Assembly (NCBI GenBank): GCA_038245785.1 | Contig: JBBRSB010000001.1 | Coordinates: 128,001 to 192,000 of the forward strand | Source: Gloeobacterales cyanobacterium | GTDB taxonomy: Bacteria > Cyanobacteriota > Cyanobacteriia > Gloeobacterales > PMM-0068 | Reading direction: 5' to 3' | Length of the DNA stretch: 64,000 bases | Shown: piece after piece, positions 1 to 9,961 of the stretch | Numbering within the stretch: the first letter of the stretch is position 1 | Layout: each line of letters opens with the position of its first letter | Made by a program: the position numbers and the translations under genes | The notes under the pieces: generated by a model | The model's database searches: none | The model's input: only the letters and a program-made list of their open reading frames with translations | What the model was told of the DNA's origin: nothing

Positions 1-967
1 TGTGATGGCAGGCCCCTTACTCTTTAAAGACCAGGCTGTTGCTTTGCCGACTTTGCTTACGTTTATTTTTATGCTCTACCGTCTACAGCCTCAGGTTCGG
101 ATGTTAGATGATTATCGATTGTCTCTGGCTTCCCTGGCCAGCCCAATTGAGCGCGTGGTCGGGTTTTTGGAACGGTCTGACAAACCCTATATCTGTTCTG
201 GTCCCCGTCCTATTCCCCACTGGAAAGAGGCCATTCGATTCGATCACGTTACCTTCTGCTATGGAACATCAGAATCACCAGCGTTGCAAGATATCTCGTT
301 TGCTATTCCCAAAGGGAAAACTACTGCTTTAGTGGGTCCTTCTGGCGCAGGCAAATCCACCATTGCCAAACTTATCCCGCGCTTCTACGAAGTGACGGAA
401 GGTGAAATTTATTTGGACCATGAGCCCCTATGTTCTTATAACCTCACCGATTGGCGTTCCCAAATTGGCATTGTCAGTCAGGATGTTTATGTCTTTAACA
501 CCACGATTCGAGAAAACATTGCCTACAGTCGCCCGGAGGCCAGCTGGGCGCAAGTTGTGGCGGCTGCCCAACAAGCAAATGCTCATGAATTTATCAGTCA
601 ACTGCCTCAAGGCTATGACACCGTTGTTGGGAACCGAGGCATTCGGCTTTCTGGGGGTGAACAACAGCGGATTGCAATTGCTCGAGCCGTACTGCTGGAC
701 CCTAAGATTTTAATTCTTGATGAGGCGACCTCGGCCTTGGACCCTATTTCTGAGCGTCTCATCCAGGAGGCTTTAGCCCGGCTCACGCAGAACCGTACGG
801 TGATTGTCATTGCTCACCGATTCTCTACTATCGAGCAGGCTGACCAGATTATCGTTTTAGAAAGAGGACGCATTGTAGAGCAGGGTAGTCGTCAGTACCT
901 GCTTGACCGTAAAGGACTTTATACGCGTCTTCACGAACTGCAAGTTCCTGGTCTTTCCACTGATTAG
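1..967 (+). CDS. ABC exporter ATP-binding/permease (MsbA/HepA-like), 5'-truncated by window edge
   Basis: Walker A GPSGAGKS, signature LSGGEQQR, Walker B ILILDEATSALD, H-loop IAHR; upstream of a glycosyltransferase. Confidence 0.9.
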   Translation, partial: VMAGPLLFKDQAVALPTLLTFIFMLYRLQPQVRMLDDYRLSLASLASPIERVVGFLERSDKPYICSGPRPIPHWKEAIRFDHVTFCYGTSESPALQDISFAIPKGKTTALVGPSGAGKSTIAKLIPRFYEVTEGEIYLDHEPLCSYNLTDWRSQIGIVSQDVYVFNTTIRENIAYSRPEASWAQVVAAAQQANAHEFISQLPQGYDTVVGNRGIRLSGGEQQRIAIARAVLLDPKILILDEATSALDPISERLIQEALARLTQNRTVIVIAHRFSTIEQADQIIVLERGRIVEQGSRQYLLDRKGLYTRLHELQVPGLSTD

Positions 968-1012
968 CCCTCTGTCTTAAAAGTCTGAAAAGTTACACGC
1001 TTCAAAACTAAA

Positions 1013-3244
1013 ATGCTCATGAACGTATCTGTCATAATCCCTGCTTGTAACGCGGCAGAAACTATAGCTGAGACGCTGGAATCTCTATGCTCTCAGACTT
1101 TTGGGAATTGGGAAGCCGTGGTAGTTATCAACGACTCCAGCGATGAAACCGATGCTGTGGTAACAGGTTTCTCAAAACGAGATTCTCGGATTCGGACCGT
1201 AAGCCAATCGCAAAAGGGCGTAAGTGCTGCTCGGAACACGGGCCTTAGCCTGGCTCGTTTTGAATGGATACTCTTCTTAGATGCTGATGATTGGATTGCC
1301 CCTTCTTATTTTGAGCAGATGATGGCTGTTCTCTTACGAACCCCTGCGCTGGATGCTGTTAATTGTGGTTGGGCTCGTGTCGCCAGTGATGGAACTACCT
1401 ACCGCTACAGTAATGACTGTTCATCGGGAGATATATTCTCTAGGGCCGCCCATGTTTGTCCCTTTGCCATGCATGCCTGCATTGTTCGTCGTGCCCTCAT
1501 TCAGTCCGTTGGCGGCTTTGATATTTCCTTATCAAGCTGTGAAGACTGGGATCTCTGGCAGCGGATTGCTCGTACAGGTGCTCGCTTCGCTGCCGTAAAT
1601 GAAATACTTGCCTTCTATCGGGTACGCCCAGGTTCATCCTCTACGGATGGAGTCCAGCTGTTGACGGATGGCCTTCTGGTCCTTACACAGGGGTACTCTC
1701 CTGATCCGCGCGTAATGAACCCGAAACCCAGTCATGCTGAGGGTCTATCCAGAGAAACCCTCAGTATTTGCAAGATCCGTTTTGCCAGCTGGTGTGCAGG
1801 ACTTCTCCTGGGTCGCCATGAAGATGCTCGCCCCCTGCTTAGCCTCCTAGACTATGGGCCTATTCCCCAACTGGAGCCAGCGGTGGTGGGTCGCTGTATC
1901 TTTGAAGCTGGGGTTTTACCTGGGGGCTTTGCCCCTGTGGCCTGGATCAAACTATGGCCTCAAATTGGACGACATATTGATACATTCCTGCTTGCGCTTG
2001 AAGAGCACCTTCAACATCCAGGATTGGCTCGTTACGCTCGTGCTTCTTTAGAGAGAGAGATTTTAGATCATGCCTCAACCCTATGGCCGCAGACCATTGG
2101 AGCTACCTATGCAGTGCATATTGAACTTACAGAGTCCATACCCGATATTTTTCCGCCCGCTTTAGTCGAACGCCTTCTATGCAGTGTCGAACTGAAGGGG
2201 AGACGTATCGGCACAGTTGTCTTACCCGCGCTCTATGGGCCCGTTTACGGACCCGCTATTGCAAAGGCTATTATTCATGAATTTACGCGTGGTTTTTTAC
2301 GACCTTCCACTAACCTCAGCAAGCGATTCGTTCCAAACGTACAAAAATTTAAGCAGGACAAGAGCTTTTCAGAAAGAGTGGCTAATTTCCTATCACGAGT
2401 AGGCCTAGCTGCTCTTCGGCTCGTTGCTTTAAGCCTTTTAGTCCAAGGACGCTTGAGGAATCGGCTCAATAGGTCTTTCAGCCGTTCCCGACCTTCTTCA
2501 GAATCATCAAAATCTGAGCTTCCTGCTGATAAGCCATCGGTCACCGAGCAGCTTCCTATTCTTATGTACCACCGCATAGCCTCATCGGGTTTACCAGATC
2601 TAGCCCGTTATCGTGTAACTCCCGAAGCCTTTGAGGAGCAGCTTCGTTATTTAAAAGATGCAGGATTTTATAGCATTAAGCTTGAGGACTGGCATGCTGC
2701 TGTGCAGGCGAGGAAATCTCTGCCAGAACGGGCAGTGCTCATTACTTTTGATGATGGATATTTAGATTTTCAAACCTATGCCTGGCCCCTGCTAAAGCGC
2801 TATGGCTTCTCAGCCACGGTTTTTCTGGTCTCTGGTAATGTCGGTCAATTTAATAGCTGGGACCAAAAGAACTATAAAGAGGAAGTCCCTCTTCTTGGAT
2901 GGGAGGATATCCTCCAGCTTCAACGGGAAGGCGTGGAGTTTGGCTGTCATTCGGTAAGCCACGATCCAATGACTAAACTTTCTATCAAAGAAGTTATGTA
3001 CGAGGGCACACAAGCACAGTTAGTCCTTGAGCGAGAGCTAGGCAAGAAGATGGTTGCTTTTGCCTATCCTTACGGCGATGTCGACTGGGTAGTTCAGCAT
3101 CTTATTGAAGATTGCGGCTATACGTTTGGTTTATCTTGCCGTTCAGGTAAAAGCGCTTTTCAAGATTCATTAATTGCTCTACCTCGTATTGAAATAAAAG
3201 GCTCGGATAGCTTACAAGAGTTTATCAGAAAGCTCAACGAGTAG
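1013..3244 (+). CDS. GT2 glycosyltransferase fused to C-terminal polysaccharide deacetylase (CE4/NodB)
   Basis: N-terminal VSVIIPA, SAARN, FLDADD, EDWDLW; C-terminal ILMYHR, ITFDDGY, FGCHSVSH, FAYPYG. Confidence 0.88.
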   Translation: MLMNVSVIIPACNAAETIAETLESLCSQTFGNWEAVVVINDSSDETDAVVTGFSKRDSRIRTVSQSQKGVSAARNTGLSLARFEWILFLDADDWIAPSYFEQMMAVLLRTPALDAVNCGWARVASDGTTYRYSNDCSSGDIFSRAAHVCPFAMHACIVRRALIQSVGGFDISLSSCEDWDLWQRIARTGARFAAVNEILAFYRVRPGSSSTDGVQLLTDGLLVLTQGYSPDPRVMNPKPSHAEGLSRETLSICKIRFASWCAGLLLGRHEDARPLLSLLDYGPIPQLEPAVVGRCIFEAGVLPGGFAPVAWIKLWPQIGRHIDTFLLALEEHLQHPGLARYARASLEREILDHASTLWPQTIGATYAVHIELTESIPDIFPPALVERLLCSVELKGRRIGTVVLPALYGPVYGPAIAKAIIHEFTRGFLRPSTNLSKRFVPNVQKFKQDKSFSERVANFLSRVGLAALRLVALSLLVQGRLRNRLNRSFSRSRPSSESSKSELPADKPSVTEQLPILMYHRIASSGLPDLARYRVTPEAFEEQLRYLKDAGFYSIKLEDWHAAVQARKSLPERAVLITFDDGYLDFQTYAWPLLKRYGFSATVFLVSGNVGQFNSWDQKNYKEEVPLLGWEDILQLQREGVEFGCHSVSHDPMTKLSIKEVMYEGTQAQLVLERELGKKMVAFAYPYGDVDWVVQHLIEDCGYTFGLSCRSGKSAFQDSLIALPRIEIKGSDSLQEFIRKLNE

Positions 3245-3298
3245 TCAGCTATTCCTGCAATAAGCTAAAAAACTCTATCTCAATTAAAGACAAGCTAA

Positions 3299-4330
3299 AT
3301 GAAAGAAAAGTTGGTCGCATTTTCGACTGAAGAAATTAAAAAAATAATTTTGTCAGATTTTCCTGACTTTATCATTGAAGATATTCATTTTCTTACACAA
3401 GGTTGGGATAATTTTGTCTACAGGGTAAATAGTAGATATATTTTTAGATTCCCAAAGAGTTCATATAACGAACATCAACTAAAGACAGAAATTCTCTTGC
3501 TTAAAAAGCTTTCAAGTCAGGTTTTTGTGCCTGTTCCTGTCTTTCAATTCATCGGCAAAGAATCCTCAGTAGTGTTTTCTCCAGCTGCTGAAAGTAAGCT
3601 TACAAGGAGAATACAATTATTGAAAAAAATCGCACGTCGAGGCATACCCATAGATGATTTCAGTAAGCTAAGAGCAGTGCTATATAATAAAATTTTTGTA
3701 GGGTATGAAGAAATCCATGGCTCTGCTCTAAAAAAGAACGTTCTGAGTCAACTTTCAGCAGAGCAGCAGGATGAAGTCGCACAGGTAATTACTAGGTTTT
3801 TGTCATCTTTACATTCTTTCTGCATTGATGAAGCAAGGAATATAGGGATTGATGAACGACATAATAAAAAACATTACGAACTTCTTTTCAATGAAGTTCA
3901 AAGTTCTATATTTCCTCGTTTGATACCAGAACATTGCAGCATCATATCAGAGCTATTTTATAGCTATATCAGTGACGTGGAAAATCATGTCTATCAGCCA
4001 GCACTACTGCATGGAGATTTATCTTCTAATCATATTCTGTTTGATAAATCTATGGATAAAACAACAGGGATTATAGATTTTGGAGAAGCTTGCATAGGAG
4101 ATCCAGACTATGACTTAACTCATCTAGCGTGGGATTATGGTGAGGACTTCTTAAAAGTTATGCTCAAGTATTATGCTGCTAAAGACCCAAATAGGCTACT
4201 GAAAAAGCTGAAGTTCTTCCAGTGTTTTCATCGTTTGGACATTATGTGCTACGGCGTAAGAACAAAAGACAAAGAGCTCTTTAATAAGGGTTGGATATTA
4301 CTCAGAAAGACTCTTCCTGAGCTTGATTAG
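3299..4330 (+). CDS. Aminoglycoside phosphotransferase (APH/choline kinase-like) family protein
   Basis: GWDN..YRVN..YIFRFP N-lobe, Brenner motif HGDLSSNHIL, GIIDFGEACIGDPDYD; visibly AT-rich. Confidence 0.8.
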   Translation: MKEKLVAFSTEEIKKIILSDFPDFIIEDIHFLTQGWDNFVYRVNSRYIFRFPKSSYNEHQLKTEILLLKKLSSQVFVPVPVFQFIGKESSVVFSPAAESKLTRRIQLLKKIARRGIPIDDFSKLRAVLYNKIFVGYEEIHGSALKKNVLSQLSAEQQDEVAQVITRFLSSLHSFCIDEARNIGIDERHNKKHYELLFNEVQSSIFPRLIPEHCSIISELFYSYISDVENHVYQPALLHGDLSSNHILFDKSMDKTTGIIDFGEACIGDPDYDLTHLAWDYGEDFLKVMLKYYAAKDPNRLLKKLKFFQCFHRLDIMCYGVRTKDKELFNKGWILLRKTLPELD

Positions 4331-4569
4331 CCAGAGTTTATCTGACATCCTCATTTATATAAGTATCTGGTGCAAACAGGTCATGAATGAGCAGGTCGAA
4401 TCTATAAAGATGAATAAGAGCTGGTAAGTTGAACTCCTGACTGATCAAATTTCATCAGATGCTATGTACGGTCTTTGTCAATTCAAAGACGTGGTTTCCA
4501 ACATTTTGCCTGAAGGTTCATGATTGGGTTCAATTCTGGATAATCCCAAAACATTTCGCCGTACGTCGT

Positions 4570-4598
4570 GTAGCAGACGCGACATGTCATGTCTCTAC
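4570..4598. repeat. GTAG-type REP-like imperfect palindrome
   Basis: GTAGCAGACGCGACATGTCATGTCTCTAC, GTAG...CTAC ends, between convergent genes. Confidence 0.65.
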
Positions 4599-4680
4599 CG
4601 CACACAAACAGGGGATAATGGCAATTGGGTGGAATGGCATACCTATGCGGAAACCAGAATCATAAAATTGCCTATCAACA

Positions 4681-6951
4681 TTAACCATCTTGCCGCAAAT
4701 CTAAGGTCAACGGATATTCAGGACTGATATATAAAGTGGGCACGCTAACTTTTCCTGTGGCGGGTTTAAGCGCCATAAATCGTTCTTTCATACGGGATGT
4801 TGCTTCTTGAGGACTGGTGGGAAACTTTTCATAGGCTTCCCCATTGGGTCGATTCACATGGTATATACAACCGCCTAGGGATTTTTCTTCTTGAGTATCG
4901 ATTAGGTTAAATACCAGGGGGCTGTGGGGATCGATAGAAGGGTGTAAGGACGCAGCAAATTGTCTCGCTCGAAAACGTACCCCGCCTAAATATTCACCAG
5001 GTGTTCCTGTTGATTTTAGAGGGACTAGTCGATCATTACAGGTCACGACATAATGAGATGAAAAGTTATCCTCTTCTGAAGAGCTTCCTATTGCTCCGCG
5101 CAGCGTAACTTGCATCCGTTCCATAGAAGAGTCTACATAGCGAGCTGTCTGGCCTCCTATAGTTTCTTCTCCCAATACATGCCACGGTTCAATCGCATGG
5201 TGCAACTCTAATTGGAGCGCAGTATGGTCAAGTGCCTGTAGCGTAACGTCACCATAACGGGGAAAACGAAATTCAAAGAAAGGCTCAAACCATTCGGACT
5301 TGAAGGGATAACCTGATTGCTCTAGATCGGCTATTATCTCCTTTAAATCTTCCCCAAGGTAATAGGGCAGCATAAAACGATCGTGCAGTGTAGTTCCCCA
5401 GCGAATGAGACGCTCCGTATATGGTTTTTCCCAAAACCAAGCAACTAACGCACGAATCAGTAGCATTTGGAGCAAGCTCATCTGCACATGGGGAGACATA
5501 GAAAATGCTCGAAATTCTAATAGCCCCAACTGCGTACGATAATTTTCCATGGGGAATAATTTATCAATACAAAAGGCAGTGCGATGCGTGTTGCCTGTGA
5601 CATCTATTAATAGATTGCGCAATAGGCGATCCACTAAGAATGCAGGCACTTCTTGGTTAGGTTTTAAGGTTTGAAAGGCAATTTCCAACTCATATAAACT
5701 CTCATGCCGAGCCTCATCAACCCGAGGAGCTTGACTGGTAGGACCCACAAAAAGTCCGGCAAATAAATAGGAGAGACTGGGATGGTTTTGCCAATAGCTA
5801 ATCAAACTCCGCAGTAAATCGGGGCGTCGCAGGAGTGGGCTTTCTTCGGTAGTTCGACCGCCAATCGTGATGTGTGCGCCTCCACCCGTATCTACACGAC
5901 GACCATCTTTGGCATATTTCTCGATGCCAAGACCACATTTTTCAGCCTCTTCCTGGAGTATGGTGTGGATTTTGATTAGATCCTGCCAACTGGCTGCCGG
6001 ATGAATATTCACCTCAATCACACCAGGGTCCGGTGTAATTTGGAAACCAATAATCCCTGCATTTCCAAGAGGAGGATAGCCCTCAATTAAAATGGGAATT
6101 CCTGCTTCTCCTGCACTGTCTTCAATGGCCGCAATTAAATCGGCATACCCTCTAGCTGAACTAAAGGGAGGAAGAAAAACGTGCAAAAGTCCGTCTCTCA
6201 CTTCTATACTCAGCGCTACTCGAATCGAATTATCAGGTGACGCAACTGGGATAGGACTGGGAGCAATGGATTCACTATCCAGAGAAACAATTGCTTCTTC
6301 CTCCAAGTCTTCCACCCAAGGAATCATCCCTAAAGGTAAACGCAATCCCAGAGGAGAATAGCCTTGGATGAGTTGGAGCCTATTTTCCGGTGGGGTCCAG
6401 CGACAGCTTTGCCAATGTAAGGGCAATTCTTCTTCCCGGCGGACTGCCAAGAGAGGCAAAGTGTAACCAGCTAGCTCATTGGTTTCAGGTTCATAGGCAG
6501 GCAGTACATATTCTGGTGATATCCCTAAGCGTTGGATTAAAGCCTGGATGAAAATAGCTACTTCTTGCTGGGTATGGCTATAATCCTTGCCTTCCATAGC
6601 GAGGAGCTTAGGATTGCGCCAAAGGGGAACCCCATCTTCGCGCCAGTAACAAGCCAAAGCCCATCGGGGCATCGCTTCTCCGGGATACCATTTCCCTTGC
6701 CCATAGTGCAATAGCCCACCTTGGGCAGAGAATCTAGGACCAAGGCGACTCAGCAGTTTTCTGGCTAATGCTCGTTTCTCGTCTCCCAGTGCTGCAACTT
6801 GCCATTGCAAAGATTCAAAGTCGTCCGTGGAGACAAAAGTAGGCTCTCCTCCCATGGTCAAGCCGACACCCAAGCGGTTGAGCTGTTTTTCTACCTGTTG
6901 CCCTAATGCATCAATCTCTCGCCATTGCTCTTCGGTATAGGGGTGGCTCAC
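4681..6951 (-). CDS. DUF2126 putative amidoligase (COOH-NH2 ligase fold; often labelled transglutaminase family)
   Basis: LTMGGEPTF, GQGKWYPGE..PRW, ITPDPGVIEVN, TGGGAH, WQNHPSLSYLF, GPTSQAPRVDE, LEFRAF, YPLTLDLR. Confidence 0.85.
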   Translation of the reverse strand: MSHPYTEEQWREIDALGQQVEKQLNRLGVGLTMGGEPTFVSTDDFESLQWQVAALGDEKRALARKLLSRLGPRFSAQGGLLHYGQGKWYPGEAMPRWALACYWREDGVPLWRNPKLLAMEGKDYSHTQQEVAIFIQALIQRLGISPEYVLPAYEPETNELAGYTLPLLAVRREEELPLHWQSCRWTPPENRLQLIQGYSPLGLRLPLGMIPWVEDLEEEAIVSLDSESIAPSPIPVASPDNSIRVALSIEVRDGLLHVFLPPFSSARGYADLIAAIEDSAGEAGIPILIEGYPPLGNAGIIGFQITPDPGVIEVNIHPAASWQDLIKIHTILQEEAEKCGLGIEKYAKDGRRVDTGGGAHITIGGRTTEESPLLRRPDLLRSLISYWQNHPSLSYLFAGLFVGPTSQAPRVDEARHESLYELEIAFQTLKPNQEVPAFLVDRLLRNLLIDVTGNTHRTAFCIDKLFPMENYRTQLGLLEFRAFSMSPHVQMSLLQMLLIRALVAWFWEKPYTERLIRWGTTLHDRFMLPYYLGEDLKEIIADLEQSGYPFKSEWFEPFFEFRFPRYGDVTLQALDHTALQLELHHAIEPWHVLGEETIGGQTARYVDSSMERMQVTLRGAIGSSSEEDNFSSHYVVTCNDRLVPLKSTGTPGEYLGGVRFRARQFAASLHPSIDPHSPLVFNLIDTQEEKSLGGCIYHVNRPNGEAYEKFPTSPQEATSRMKERFMALKPATGKVSVPTLYISPEYPLTLDLRQDG

Positions 6952-6975
6952 GCTGGGAGATTCCTCTTGGGTGAA

Positions 6976-7611
6976 TTAAACAAGACGGTGACCACAACTA
7001 GAACAGAAGCGGTCTTCAGGCTCGACGGCGGTGCCACATTGACTGCAAAAGCGGCGGGTGCTCGTTGTACCTGCCGCCGCAGGCTTATCGGCAGCGATAG
7101 GTGGACTTGGAGTTTTTGGAGTACTCGAAACTGCAGGCGAACCCATGCGCATTTCCATATCTCCCATCCGCATTTCCATGGGGTTCATCTGCATGCCCCC
7201 CATGCTCATCGGTTTCATGGGCTCCATCGGCTTCATCGGGCTCATCTGCATCCCTCCCATATTCATCGGCTTCATCGGCTCCATCGGAGGCATAGAAGAG
7301 GAAGGGATACCCGCCACTTGTTGTACTTGCATTTGCTGAGAACCGCTGAGGGAGGGCGATCCTGCCATCACCTGCATGCTACTTCCTTGGATATGAATAA
7401 AATGTTCGCCCTGCGCTGTGGTAACTTTCAGAACCGCTCCGCCTGTGGTCTGAAAAATTTCAGGGGGAACACTCCAAGCTCCTGTATGAAAACCAGTACT
7501 GGACTGCTGCTGTTGTCCAGGACCACCGCTCATAGTGGTGACAACTGTCTGCGTTCCCTGATTATCAAGATAAATTCTTTGGCCTGTGCCTAGCTCGCAT
7601 GCATAAGCCAT
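6976..7611 (-). CDS. Zinc-ribbon protein with Met/Pro-rich repeat region
   Basis: C-terminal RFCSQCG...RFCSSCG; central MKPMEPMKPM repeats; start placed at MAYACELG (ORF open to 7650). Confidence 0.8.
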   Translation of the reverse strand: MAYACELGTGQRIYLDNQGTQTVVTTMSGGPGQQQQSSTGFHTGAWSVPPEIFQTTGGAVLKVTTAQGEHFIHIQGSSMQVMAGSPSLSGSQQMQVQQVAGIPSSSMPPMEPMKPMNMGGMQMSPMKPMEPMKPMSMGGMQMNPMEMRMGDMEMRMGSPAVSSTPKTPSPPIAADKPAAAGTTSTRRFCSQCGTAVEPEDRFCSSCGHRLV

Positions 7612-8057
7612 AGGCGCCTCATCAGTATGAAAAAGTTCTTTTATTGTCATCTTTCGGTAGTGACAGATTGCTGATTCTTAACAATTGTATTAGCTGAAAG
7701 TTTATGGTGATACCTCTGTAGCGCATACATACAGGAGACTGATCAATCTGGAGCGCTTATCATGCTGATTTTGCATGGAAACGATAACGTTAATGCATCA
7801 TAAATTACTCGACTCAGCGCTCTAATTACCAGATGTTTTGCATTAAGAAATCTACCGTTCATTCATTAATCACAGTTGTAGTGGTGCATATCTCCATTGA
7901 TAGGCACAGAAGTACGAAATTCTGCAAATACAGCGGAATCCTCTTTCTCCAAGAAGATAGATGATAATTCTTAATCTTTCTTTGTCCAGGGTTACAATTG
8001 ACGGACGCTGATATTTATATCAACCGCAATTATGGAATGGTTTGCCCACGTTGACCC

Positions 8058-8324
8058 ATGAACGCTGAGCCTCAAGTCAAAACCACCATATTCGACACCC
8101 AAGCGGGTTTTGAGCATTTTTGGGCTGGATTGAAACGAGAGGGCTTCCGCAAGGTAAAAGTGCTATATCACGGACGCACCCGCCGATGGAAGGTGGAAAC
8201 CCTCTGTGAAAATCTGGATGACCCAGAACGCCTGCAAAAATTGGAGCATGAGGCCAAAGATATAGAGGAAGCCGCCCAGCATCTTGAGCGGATGGTCTAC
8301 CCGCCTAGGTCTTGGGATGAATGA
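8058..8324 (+). CDS. Hypothetical protein (88 aa)
   Basis: ATG-start ORF with protein-like charged composition and no competing ORF; family not recognised. Confidence 0.55.
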   Translation: MNAEPQVKTTIFDTQAGFEHFWAGLKREGFRKVKVLYHGRTRRWKVETLCENLDDPERLQKLEHEAKDIEEAAQHLERMVYPPRSWDE

Positions 8325-8469
8325 AGTTACATCACCTTGTCATCTGAGACTAGAGGTTGGACCATAGAGACACGATAAGGTCAACCATTGGCTAAACTCT
8401 AGCGCCTAGAGATAGTGAGCAAAGCAGTTTGAGTTTTGGGTGAATCGGAAGGGGAGTAGCTAAAGCACG

Positions 8470-9663
8470 ATGAACGCGCAAAAGACGCGGGAGCAATCTA
8501 TCAGTCCTAGAGACTGGTCGTGGCCTTTCTGGCCACTAGTACCTCTTTACCCATACGGTAAGCGGCGGACCCTCCGTCAAGAAGTGCTTAAAGACACCAT
8601 CTGGACGTTTGACCAAATTCAGGGTGTTTTATACGTCGTCACACCGATTCGCATGACCGTCGTAAAACTCGATGAAGGCGGTTTGTTTGTTTTTGCTCCA
8701 ATTGCCCCAACCCGAGAGTGTATCCGGCTTGTTAAAGAACTAGTGGCAGAACATGGGGATGTCAAATACATCATCCTGCCCACCGTATCCGGCCTAGAGC
8801 ACAAAGTATTTGTTGGTCCTTTTGCTAGACGTTTTCCCCAGGCCCAGGTTTTCATGGCACCCAACCAGTGGAGCTTTCCCCTCAATCTCCCCCTTAGCTG
8901 GTTGGGCTTACCTTTAGGGCGTACCCATCTGCTTCCAGAAGACAGTAACAAAGCTCCCTTTACCAATCAGTTTGACTACGCTATTCTCGGCCCTATTGGG
9001 GTTGGTCAACCCTATGAAGAAGTAGCCTTTTTTCACAGACGAACCCGTACACTACTTATACTTGATGCAGTAGTTTCCATCTCAGAAGACCCCCCTGCTA
9101 TCGTCCAACTGGACCCCTATCCCTTACTGTTTCATGCCAGAGATAATGCCTTCGATATCGTCGAAGATACAGAGGAAAATCGACGCAAGGGCTGGAAACG
9201 CATCTCTCTATTCACATTCTATTTCCAACCAAGTGCCTTGCATGTAATTGGCTTAAAGCAGGCGTTCCGCGATGCCTGTAAAGCTCCAGACCGCTCTAAG
9301 AAAGCATATTTCGGCCTCTTCCCCTTCCGCTGGAAACCCATCTGGGAGGAATCTTTTGCTTCTCTGCGAGGCGGCGGACGTCTATTTGTAGCCCCCATTT
9401 TGCAAGCGCTGATTCTGAACCGAGCGCCCCGGCAAACCTTGGAGTGGGCTGATAAAGTAGCAAGCTGGAATTTTCAACGCATCATTCCCTGTCATGCAGA
9501 CTCACCGCTTGAAGTTGGTTCTCAGCAATTTCGGCAAGCCTTTGCCTTCCTAGAAAAGAAATCGTTAGTAGAGGGAAAAAATCATCTTCTTCCTGAAGCA
9601 GACTTTGAATTGCTTAGAAAAATTGAGAAAGCGCTGTCTCTACCGCCTCCACCCGCAAATTAG
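8470..9663 (+). CDS. DUF4336 family protein (metallo-beta-lactamase-like fold)
   Basis: WPFWPLVPLYPYG.RRT, PIRMTVVKL, GLEHKVF, IIPCH motifs. Confidence 0.85.
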   Translation: MNAQKTREQSISPRDWSWPFWPLVPLYPYGKRRTLRQEVLKDTIWTFDQIQGVLYVVTPIRMTVVKLDEGGLFVFAPIAPTRECIRLVKELVAEHGDVKYIILPTVSGLEHKVFVGPFARRFPQAQVFMAPNQWSFPLNLPLSWLGLPLGRTHLLPEDSNKAPFTNQFDYAILGPIGVGQPYEEVAFFHRRTRTLLILDAVVSISEDPPAIVQLDPYPLLFHARDNAFDIVEDTEENRRKGWKRISLFTFYFQPSALHVIGLKQAFRDACKAPDRSKKAYFGLFPFRWKPIWEESFASLRGGGRLFVAPILQALILNRAPRQTLEWADKVASWNFQRIIPCHADSPLEVGSQQFRQAFAFLEKKSLVEGKNHLLPEADFELLRKIEKALSLPPPPAN

Positions 9664-9961
9664 CTAGTGAATATAATTCTCTATCTCTCTCTGTTACATT
9701 TCATAATATTTTTTCGCAAGCATTTTCTGAGTGCTTAGGGCAAGGCTCACTCTTCTAAATGCTCTCCTAAAGAGCATTCCAGCTCTATTAGCGCCTATTC
9801 TAATAGATTTAGGTAAGGGGCAAAAGACCAAGCTCAGAATCCTCAGATATGACAACTTCCTTAAAACTAAAGATCTGTAGGCTTCCACGTTGCACAATCC
9901 ACACTAGCTAGAATTAAACTCCTGCTCCTTAGACACCCTCTTAATAGGCCACCCCTCCACT

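Noticed and set aside
6925..7593. 222-aa His-rich plus-strand ORF (HRLHRLH repeats)
   Set aside because: Antisense shadow of the Met-rich repeat (ATG read as CAT); the minus-strand Zn-ribbon gene has the recognisable domain.
7700..7713. NtcA-like GTT-N8-TAC upstream of the Zn-ribbon/DUF2126 genes
   Set aside because: One mismatch and no TAN3T at the 22-nt spacing; too weak to call, though not excluded.
7850..7960. Possible glutamine riboswitch (CGTTCA...GAAGTA)
   Set aside because: The closing GAAGGAACG strand and paired stems could not be found.
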